This document shows, one piece after another, positions 53,291-64,000 of a stretch of DNA of 64,000 nt. Both the position numbers and the translations under genes were made by a program. The stretch is from Phoronis australis (lineage: Eukaryota; Animalia; Phoronida): NCBI GenBank assembly GCA_002633005.1, contig NMRA01000354.1, positions 1-64,000 on the forward strand. Reading direction: 5' to 3'. The notes beneath the pieces are model-generated. The model ran no database searches. It was not told the origin of the DNA and saw only the letters and a list, made by a program, of their open reading frames with translations. Positions within the stretch are counted from its first letter, which is position 1; every line of letters begins with the position of its first letter.

Positions 53291-54346
53291 TGGATACTGA
53301 TTTGCGCTAGCGTCATGAGCTTGTGCATAGAAGCATTGGGATTGACATCTGTAGAATTCAAATTTTATTTCATCAAAGCTAAGTGTACGAACTATGTATG
53401 GCAGGAACGCAGTTAAAGGTGCATCGATTATTGACAGTAATTCCACTTAGCTTTCCGGAATCCCAACATCCCAACAACCCACGAGACAACTAAAGAGGGT
53501 TTTGTTTTTGCGTAGTGTCAGAAGGCAAAATTTAGACAAAAAATTTTTTGGGAAACGCGTATGAGGCCTTGACATTCAGTAGAACGTTTTTTTTACGAAA
53601 TAACGTTAGAGAAGTTGTATTTGATACATCCTCTTTACTGAATTCACTGTGTTGATTATGTGTGTATCAGTGATCAGTATTCGACAAACGTTTCAGTAGT
53701 ACAGACAGCTTTTGAATGATTAGCTGACTCCAGTGTGTGCGTTTTTCCTACCTCTGAAAGAAGAGTTTAATTAGGGTTTGCATTATTTGCAGTGTTGCCA
53801 CAAGTACAACCGGTAACTTAGGCAACCTTTCTGCAAGTAGGCATTTATAGGATTCTTCACGTAATTTTACAGTCACAACATAAACGCCAATAGCTTGTTT
53901 GCGAAAAGGTATTTTACATCTTCCTCTCGATTCTTATACTTGTTCTAGAATATAATGTTAATATCTAATCTTTGAAGATAGGAATAGTATCATGTCTATT
54001 AAATATGAATAGAATAACGGTTTTGAATTCTGAGCACCAAAGCAGAATATTCTGTCAATTACCCAGTGTTATGTACAGTTTCAGGGCAGGCAACCAAGTT
54101 CCATGGCGGACCGAAATGGTGTTCTCGTTAACACTCTCATTAATAAAAATTTTCTTAAAATATCCAATTCAGTTCTCATCAATACAATTCTTTTCTCACT
54201 AACCGAATATTTTCCCATTTGTATTGTAGAGATAGATTTGGGTCCGAGGTCTTATCTTTGTACTTGAACTCGAACTCGAAATTATTTTTGGTAAGTTCCG
54301 TTCTATTCTTCTGCGAACTTATTTAAGATAAGTGTTTGTTATTCTG

Positions 54347-54592
54347 GGGCCTGTTCTAAGAAAACTGTATTAGTTAACATAAATCTTAAATTTCAGCCAA
54401 TTTTAAGAAAACACTTAAATTTGTCTCAAATCCGTTTCAAGAAAGAAATCTTAGGTTTGACTTAAGTTTTTGACTTAGGTTTTGTATTATTCTGACTATC
54501 TTACCTTATGTGGAAGTTTCAAAGTTTGGAAGTTGAAACAAATCTTAGACTTAAGTACAAATAAACTTAAGGCAGTTTATTGGAACAGGCCC
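54347..54592. mobile_element. PIF/Harbinger-type MITE
   Basis: TIRs gggcctgttctaagaaaactg and cagtttattggaacaggccc, 3-bp TSD CTG on both sides, internal cttaag repeats. Confidence 0.8.
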
Positions 54593-56859
54593 CTGTGCTT
54601 GAGTACATTATGGTTCATGCGTACGAATTTCTATTTCAGGTCTACATAGACCATAGAACAACAGGCACTTGTCTTAAGTTTGCACAAAAGAAGAATAGAA
54701 AATGACAATCATAATTTCGTTAGACTCCGGGCCCGAGCACGTGGTACCTCAGCCTCAAGCAACTGGCGCTCACTTAACCAGTCGTGGAAAGAAAAGCAGA
54801 GTACCAGAACTGAGGTACTTGCCCTCACGCAAAACTCTTCTCTCAATACGGTATTCCTTTCTCACTGACGCATGCGCTCTGTAGAGCTGAGACGATGCAC
54901 ACTTCAGGAATTCGATTGGATTTTTATACGTTTGTCAAATTGATTCATTTTTCTCAAATATATTAAGTAGGCCTTGTTATCTTACCATTCATACCAGTTT
55001 CAGAAACAAAACTTTTCAATATGATCAGGTTCCAACTAATAAACGATCGTGAGCTGTTTCTAAATACAAGTAACGGCGAACATTGGAACTAGGAATCGAA
55101 TCCAAATGGCCCTTGGCATGCGGGTGGCTCTCGCCGCATAGCAATTCGATTACAATATTGGATTAATCGTTGCACTCCTGAAATTTTCGCCTCCGCACAT
55201 CTTGTCTGGTGACGCATCGACCAACCCGGACTGGGACGTGTATTTAAGGGATTAATGACTAGAAAAGAAAAGTGAGGATAAAAAGCGGATATCATTGATG
55301 AGAAAAGAGATACAAATCGTAAGAAAAATATTGTTAATGAGAAAAGGGCCCTGTTCATGAGAACTCAAGTGCGGCTGTGAGGGAGGACGATGTTTAACCC
55401 TGAGTTGATACGGCATGTTTTCTTACTCTGTTGACAGAAGCGGAATGCTGCAAGATCTGGGACATGTCTCGGATCCCACGATAGGAGGGGACATTCTACA
55501 GAAGACTAACATACGTGATGTTGAGAAATATCACAAAAAAACTTAATGTATGGTAAAACAGACTCAGTAATACAATTGCTCATCACGACGGGCATCACTC
55601 TGCACGTTCTTATGGGAATCTCGGCGTGCGGAAATGACTCAGCGACTCCTTCGAAACTGTTTCGAATTAACGAGTTTTGAATAGAAATTAGTGTGGTAAA
55701 ACACTACACACGTGTATGGGGTTTTGATGATGATCAGTAGCAAGGAATTACTTGATGTGAAATTTCCTTTATCCTGAAAACGTCAAAGTAAGCCATGACT
55801 GTTTATTTAATTATTTAGATGGGTTCTGAAAAAACTTTGAAATCATACGAGCTTTAAATAAGAAACAATCTCAGTGTGTCAAGCAGAATTCTAACCCTCA
55901 AAACGTTAACAAAAACCTTATGACCATTTGAGTCAATAGACATGCACTAGGAAAGGGAATTTTACCAGCAGAGCAATTTCAAAGCGACTTTTAAGCTGTT
56001 TTTTCTCACTCTCTCAGCAATGCTGTTGTGGTTATTACGGTGTAGCATTAAATTTTGCCCCCTTGTCAAAATGGCCCTAAGGGTAAATTTCAACAGTGAA
56101 AATGAAATTGGGTTATTTTTATGTGCCCACATGAGTGCATTTTCGGACAGATCCAAATACCTATGTACATCCTTGTGGCATTTTTAGTTTTCTACGTTTG
56201 CCTCTGTTTATGGACTTTCATAAAATTTGATAATGCGGTATCTAGTATTAGAAAGAAGACGCCATAACCTAGTTCCCATTTTAAGGTGGATTCAACGTAT
56301 TTTTCGCCACCTAGTGCCAATTTTTACTATTTTCGTGTATTTGGCGTCCACTTCTTTATCGGCTAAACCGCTCTATAAGGACTTTTATTACGAAAACTGG
56401 CCTATGAGTTCATATTCAAAAGAAAACAGCTGATTTGGAGTCTGATGGCTCCGGCTTTTATGGCACCTCCTAGTGACGGTTTTGTTCTTTTCGTACCAGT
56501 AGGTGTACGCCTTTTCAGATACACGGATCCGACTAGGTGCTGTGTTTCTCAGTGGCAATTTTACTTTTCCGTTTTCCCCTGTGTCTTTGGAGTCACTTGT
56601 CAGACTTTAATGCCATTTGGCAAATAGGTTTCTATTACATAGTTGACGACACTGGCGTTTTCAGATGGATTTGACGTAATGTACGCCACATAGTACCAAT
56701 TTTTATTGTTTTTAAAGTTCTTTGTTGCCGCCTCCCTATCCTTTAAACTACGTGAATGATGACAGGCGTGTTCCTATTGAGGAGAGCAGTCTGACTTGCT
56801 TTGCATCCCGTAGAGGTTATTTCAGTAACGTTCACTAACATTGCCCCCTTTATATTTAA

Positions 56860-58549
56860 AGGAAAATGACACCCGATTTAATTAGTTTTTTGCCATCTTG
56901 ATCGGTCTATATCCACATCGCCTCGCATACGGTCGACTTCACATTGCCAAAAGGTGTCGCGTTAACCTGTGAGGAAGGTGAGAAACGACGCTAGCGATGT
57001 CAGTGGTTCATCTGCCGAGTGAATGCCGCTATGTTGCGGTGCATCGTACCCGCTTGTCCGAACTATGCAGCTGCGAGAAAAGCGGGTATATCGTTTTTTT
57101 CGACTTCCGAAATGCTTAGGAAGTGGCTCTTGGTAGTGAAGAATGAAAAGTACGCTGTAAATAGCAAGTATAAGGCCATGAAACATCTCTGTGTCTGTGG
57201 CCTGCAGTCGTCGACAGCCGAGTGAGTGCCTGACGAATGCCGGCTTACCAAATAATTATCCAATCCATACGTTCCGTTGTCTGAGCTTGTTCACGGCGCC
57301 TCTCTAGTATTTCTTCATCACTCTATTCCTGTTCGAATTGATAGCCTGTGAAATTTAACGATCCACCTGCCAAGTCTTCGTAGGGATCGACTGATGAGCT
57401 CTCGTCTAAGTCGGGATTGCAAGTTGCCATACGTTGATGTTTATTACTGAGCGTTCTGTTTCAAAATGAATTATTCTCACCCTAACCAATACTTATATAA
57501 AACTGAAAAAAGTCTGCCTCATTATATGCAATTTGTAATGCCTTTGAAGTGTTCGTGAGTGCAAATGATTCGAGAAGCCAGCAACGAATAAATAACTGCG
57601 TTACCGGCTTTACGTGCAATAAAACTAATTGACAGGACACCGGAGGTCGTGTGAGCTCATGCTAATTTAGTGTTTGCTGGCAGAAACTGTTTAAGTGAAA
57701 CAACTCAGTCGATTTCCACTCCACGGCCTGGTGTTAGGGGAGTCTTTATTTACATTTACATTATTAAAATAATGATTTTCAATGTACAACTTCTGCCCTG
57801 ACGGTGCTGTGGCCAACTTGAAAGCGGAACCTAGAATTCGCGGCTCCCGACGAGTAAGTAGATTTTGGGTAATTCACAAACATAATCACGTGCTCATTAT
57901 TTTGGCTCACTAGTATAGTATTTTCTTGACTGGAAGTTTATTTCCAACTTTGGCTGGTTTATGTTCGTGATGTCTGATCAGTTTCCGAGCCACTGGCCGG
58001 GATAACGAGTCAATCCGGCCGGCCGCGACGGGCCTGATTGGGCTCGTAGCCATTGGTCAGGATAACAAGCGTTTTGTGTGTTTAGAACTCAAAAAATCAC
58101 AAGTCTATACAACACAGATCTGGGTTATTCTGTCTGTATCTCACGGAAAATATTTCAAATCTGTCTCCGATCAGACCCCAAACTCCCGCTACGGACCTTA
58201 TTGCCTGCCGAACTTTGGAGGCTACGTTGTTTCCAAACACCAATAAATTCGAAACAGCGAAATAAAACAACACGTTTTTATAAGAACTCGGTGTATTTTT
58301 AAGGTTTTTAGATCGAAGTTTGATGACTTATTGGTGTTAAATGATGAATTCAAGTGATAAGCTGACACCAGTTACCCGTGTTGTGAACTGCTGAACAGAT
58401 TGCGTGTGAAACCAATTACGTCATTGGATAATTTCAACACCTCCGTCTGCCGTCAGGTGTCAGGTAACGCAACCGTACGTGCCGTTATGGAGTAGAATTA
58501 CTCGATCTAAATTGATACAAATTAGGTTGTTTTTGGGTGGCATGCTCCT
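56860..58549 (+). mobile_element. ~1.7-kb Kolobok-like non-autonomous element with a THAP zinc-finger remnant
   Basis: ttaa|aggaaaatgacaccc...gggtggcatgctcct|ttaa (TIR 12/15, TTAA TSD). The ORF at 57019-57225, MLRCIVPACPN...GISFF...RKWL...HLCVC, follows THAP spacing. Confidence 0.8.
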
Positions 58550-59096
58550 TTAAAATAATGATCGTCCCTTGTATCTGAGGTAGTATGTGCTGCACACTGT
58601 GGACGCATATCAACGCTCCGCGTTGTTCTTGAAACACCACTAGGGTTATTTTCAACATCGTGGGAGAATGACCCCATGGGATACTTTTTCAACAGACAAG
58701 ACCAACAATACTGTTTATCGTCTGCGTACCACTCATTTTGAAACCTGTGACGATCACTGTTTAAAAAGAAATAAAAGGCACGTCGGATCATTTTTGTCAC
58801 GCAAAGTGTATTTTTCAACCCTGAACAAAGTAGCTTGGCAACTTGGGGGCTATCACTTCTCTTATACCCTAAACTGGTTAAGGAAGGACGAGTTTCCAAA
58901 GGCAACTGGTGCAGTTTTGAGTCAACCGGAGCACAGCCAAACCTCCCAGTCCCGTTAAAATAAGTGACAAAAAGTCCAACTTATATCCATGTCTTTTGTG
59001 AAAAAGATGTGCAACCAAAAAATATCCTATCACGCAAAGATTCTCAAAAAACACAGACTTCAGTTGCGCTTTTTTGGCCTCAATGACAATTTAAAT

Positions 59097-59216
59097 ATGT
59101 CCCGGCCAGTGAGAGGAATATTGACACACCTACCGTGTGTCCCGGCCAGTGAGAGGAATACTGACACAACTACCGTAAAATGACACTTTAAATGTGTCCC
59201 GGACAGTGAGTGGAAT
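59097..59216. repeat. ~40-bp minisatellite, three imperfect copies
   Basis: tgtcccgg(c/a)cagtgag(a/t)ggaat occurs at ~59098, ~59138 and ~59195. Confidence 0.85.
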
Positions 59217-60458
59217 GCGGTACAAAAGGCAACACTTTTATTTCCGCTGCCTTCCTATTATTTCCATTTTAATGCTCCCCTCTGCCGCGAAGTGGCACCT
59301 GGAGCACATGCTACTATTTGACTTCAAACCACCATGTCTGAGGAGGGAGGGTGTTATCTCAGTATAATCTAATTTTGCTACATAGAGGGGAACAGTGTTG
59401 AATTAGATTTTTCCGTCTCGGAAAATCAACACTCAAGATATGAGGTATGGTTATTTTAACAATACGATACATTTCATTTCTCATCACTCTTTCGTCCTGT
59501 CAGTTCAAATTGTTAACGTAGTTAATGTTTCGACTTTGACTGACGGCTGCATCCGTGGAAAAACAAGATAGCCCCATAATTCTTACCGCAATTGGTGAGT
59601 TTCAACTTTAAATTTTGGACGTTGATGTTTCAGAAAGGGTAATTGTAATTCGTTTAACGCTGTTTTGCAATTCACTTACCAACATGGGATATGTTAGGCC
59701 TACATTGGTATATGAATACTAAGGAGCTCGTACCCATTTATTTCACCAAGAGAACATTCAGCTTATAACGCATGTGTGACATTGTCTGTAAACAAATCTG
59801 CCGGTGATATGAATTTGGTGTGACAATTTACCATTGGCATGTCACTGATTGCTTATCCGGGTGGTGACGTTAGTGCTCGTCTCTGGAGTAATATGAGAGA
59901 ATTAATTTTAAATTTATTTCGCTCTCGTGCGTCCGACTGTAAAAAAATATGTCACTCAACTAACTTGGGCGTAGGGGTCATACTTTGACGTCAGGTGAAG
60001 CATCCATATTTAGAAGGTCTGTGAAGGTGAGAGTTATAAATATTTTGTTTATAGTCTCATAAAAGAACTGTTGTTTCAACAGCAAAAAGGAAAGTTCAAC
60101 AACCCATTAGGGGAATAACGCGTCTCGTCAAAGAAAAATGAAACAAATATAATACTTTACCTAGCGAGTATTGGCATACCCATCTCAGAAGAGTTACGGC
60201 AGAGGGAGGGAAAACAGAGAATATTTTAAATACACACTTTCCGCTTAATTTTATTCAGAAACGTCTCGAGAATGATTTTAAAACGAGTTAGTCCAGTCCA
60301 TATTTAAGCTCAATTAATTCTCATTAAATGCAGCTCCAAATATTTTCAAACTCAACTGAACTTGAAATGTATTTTTTAAGTTTCATTTTTATTTTTGAAG
60401 GTGCATAACCACCTAAAATGGCCGCCGTAGTGAGTGACAGGTGACTCACGCATTATGG

Positions 60459-61076
60459 TATGGTGGGCCGTTGAGGGGAAATTGTCGCCGTAAAATTACA
60501 CTCGTAATTACGAGCGTAAATTAAATTGCAGGAGTGTCGCCGTACAATTAAGCTCGTAAATTAAATGGGGAAAAGTTTCGCCGTAAAATTACGCTCGTCA
60601 TTACGAGCGTAAATTAAATTGCAAAAGTGCTGCAGTAAAATTACGCTCGTAAATTAAATGGGGGAAATGTCGCCGTAAATTACGCTCGTAAAACACCTTC
60701 AGAACGTTCCAAATTTAAACCAGTCAGTGTTGACCTAACATACACGACTGTTGCTAGGCAGCTCGTTCTTGCACAATCGCTGACATTGCAGCAGCGATTT
60801 GATCCGCCATGATTCAGCGCTCGTACCGTAGACATGTAACCCGTCAGTAGATAAGTATTTCCATGAGCACGCGCGACCGTGGATTGTAAAACCCAACGTC
60901 ATAAGCTAAGAGTTTAAACTAAATTACGAGCGTAATTTTACGCCGTAAAGAATTAAATTACGCTCGTAATTTTACGGCGTAATTAACGGCGTAAATAACG
61001 CCGTAAATAACGGCGTAATGTACATAATTACACTCGTATTTTTCCGGCGACACTTTCCCCCCAACGGCCCATCATA
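60459..61076. mobile_element. 618-bp foldback MITE, TAT...ATA termini, 6-bp TSD (IS3EU-like signature)
   Basis: TIRs tatggtgggccgttgaggggaaa and tttccccccaacggcccatcata, TTATGG on both flanks, many AAATTACGCTCGTA units in both orientations. Confidence 0.85.
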
Positions 61077-64000
61077 TTATGGGTACTCAAGCAACTGCCG
61101 CCATACGTAATAAAGTTTTCACGGAAACCCCGCCTACTTCTTAGAACTCCTTTAAAAAACTAATAGTGGCTTAAAACAAAGACACACACGGCGGAAAGTT
61201 ATGAAATGTTTATATCTTAGAAGTATCTTTCGAATGACGTAACTCACCATGTGTTCTTATTTGGTGAATGTAAAGGGATGACGAGTATCTTGTAAAGACC
61301 CGACAACAAAATATCACAGTGGAATGTACACATCATATCCATGTACAATGTATCTAGAAGGATTAATTGAAATAAGCACTTAGTCTTTGAAGAAGAGCAC
61401 TTATCAAACATGAGAAACTGGTGCAGTCATGCAAGCGTGTGCCTGTTGCCAACAGGTACAAGTAAACAATAATGTGCAAAATGCCGGGGAAACCCATGAC
61501 GTATTTTAACCAGACACGCCACTTTACAGCTTCGTAGCTAGCCATCAAACAAAAATGCCATCGTTGCATATCATGACGCCAATCAAAGAGAGCACACCGA
61601 TCAAATTTTAGACGTCGATACATTGTTGCTGAAATCATGTACATACATGTATTCGTACATTAGAACTCAGTAGACCATTCACAGGCCCGGGGTACTCCAC
61701 AGAAGCGGTATAGGAGGCTTGACGCACAGAACGCTACTTTTCATGATTAACTTCCCCACGAAAGGGTGACTTTTCTGACAAAATTCCACACATAAGGATG
61801 CTCTGTAAGACTGCAAACTGTCGCAATCCTCAAACTGCGACATTTTGTCCAGACCTTCGAAAAATAAATTGTCGCAATTTGTAGGGTTGCACAAAATGTC
61901 GCCACCTTCAAATTGTTTCTGAAAACCTCGAAGCAAAAGTTGCAGCTGTACAACCAAACGTAGCTGGGGTTGTCAAAGTTTAAGACTGAATTTCAAGGAA
62001 TGTTGACGTCTTCATTTTGACAGCCGAGCTCTCGGGCTACGGAAATTTAGAGCGAAAAATCGTGTTTGTGGAAATTAATTGATCTTTGTGAAAATCTATA
62101 GAAAAATAAGATTACGAACACCTGTGTACATATTAAGATTATGTGATCATGGGTGGCGCACCATAGGGGGCTGGGGGGGGGGGAGGGGTGAGAGCTTATA
62201 CATGTAGTCCCACACTTTTTTTCAGTGCTGCGCCTCATATGGTGATCACCGCAGATTTTAAAAATATCTAGTATGTATATAGAATTTGATTTTTAACCTA
62301 ATACCTTAATGTAAAAACTACAGATACACCACTAAAATATCTACAACTCTAATAACCATTACCACTGTTTAGAAGACACAGAAGTCACAAAATCTGCATT
62401 TGTAAATGCAACCTTCAAACAGCACAATACTAAATACTTGGACAAACATATTCACAATTTAATATCTAGTTTGTTATGCACCTGACAATGTACTGTCTCC
62501 TATACTTATACTTTGGGCCTATGGCCATATGTATATATTTCAATAAAGATAACCAAAGTATTGCAAGAGCCATTAAACAAATTCTACATATTTTTCATAG
62601 ATGAATGTTTATTAAAATTACTAAATTTACTACAAATGGTACAATCTACACATTGACAGAATTGACAAAATAGCACAATTTAAAACAAGATCGATCCACT
62701 GAGTTGAGGTGTGCCCACTGTGTGCATGGCATACAGAACAGATACAAGGCATGATCATTGTGTTAAACATTCCCACTTGAAGCAGCAATGAAAATAACAT
62801 TAAACTATCCTCAAGGTCCAAAGAAAGTTAGTAAATCTTTTCTCAACAGCAACAGACGTACCACACTTCATTATCATTCATCAAGCAGTTTGGAGGATAG
62901 GGAGACAAATGGCAAAGAAAAGACACATACATAATGACACTAGGGGGTGCAACGAGGTGTTTTTGTTTGTATGCTAGCAACTTAATAGCAAAATGTCATG
63001 AACATCCCATCATACGAACATCCCATCATGGAACTTGGTAGATAACAAGGCAAGCCCAAAGAAAACTAAAATTGCCACTAGGGGACTCTGCAGTAGATGG
63101 GTTTGTCCAAAGATCCACCTCACTGACACTCCTCAACAGAAACACAAATTGGAAGAAGAACCATAAAAGAACTAGGTAAAATAAATCACAGGCCATCAGG
63201 TGGTACTAAAGCAATTGGACCCAGTAAGAACACATATGCCAATTTTCTTAATGATCTATAGATTCGAGTTTGGCAGTTACGGAGGTGGACACCAAAGAGG
63301 AGACTCGAAAAAGATGAGAACAATGCAGAGTGATGAAATGCGCACAGGACAGCAATGCGAACAGTGTGCTTCTAGGGGTGTTTAGTAGGGTCAAAAGATG
63401 GACACTACCTGGCACAAAATACGTCAAATCCATCCCAAAATGGATAGATGCTATCACAACAATTACAGAAACTTGTTTGCCACATTTCAATAAAAACTAT
63501 CAAAGAACTCTCGTAACCATAGTCACATTTATAATGTAAAACTAATTCTTGCGCAATTTCACAAAAATCCTTCAAACGAGTAAGGAGATACAGCCGAGGA
63601 AGCAAGTAAGACAAAAATCACATTCACAAAAACAAACTGGCCAAATTTAACAAAGAGCATGCTAGAGCTTTAGGAGATAGCTACTAGGGGGTGCTACAGC
63701 TGTCAGAGCCACCCAAAAATCAACCTCACCTATGCTCTTTCAAGTAGGAGCCCATATGCCAATTTCCGTAATGATCAGTGGGCACATAAAATACAGGGGT
63801 AATCATCTAATAATCGACCATGTATCAAACTATGGTGAAACCATGACAAAACACATTGCACACAATTCAAGTCAGTAGAGCAGCATTCTCATGTACTCTC
63901 AATCAACATGCTGTACTCTATAGTACATTCTGGTGCACTGTTTCTTAAAAGAATGCACTGAACAGTACAACACATACAGTTCACTCAAGTGCAAAACTGT

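Noticed and set aside
60480-61050. CRISPR-like short repeats
   Set aside because: Irregular spacing, no unique spacers, both orientations, enclosed by TIRs, no cas genes, and a eukaryotic context.

Overview
AT-rich, repeat-dense eukaryotic (animal, probably marine invertebrate; inference) genomic DNA with no long intact ORF, no rRNA, no canonical tRNA and no CRISPR array. It is mostly intronic or intergenic sequence built from nested, decayed mobile elements: a Gypsy pol relic (~19.6-22.1 kb), a DIRS tyrosine-recombinase retroelement relic with its terminal repeat structure (~23.9-25.8 kb), two TTAA-flanked Kolobok-like elements with THAP remnants, and several TIR elements/MITEs (3-, 5- and 6-bp TSDs). 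The standout is a complete 521-bp miniature LTR retrotransposon (TRIM, 21220-21740). Its 166-bp LTRs each carry a tRNA-like Pol III cassette, and it has a tRNA-Lys PBS, a PPT and a 4-bp TSD. It is inserted at the codon of the probable first catalytic Asp of the Gypsy integrase. The only host-gene signal is a signal-peptide first exon on the minus strand (11233-11158). Most ORFs in the provided track look spurious.
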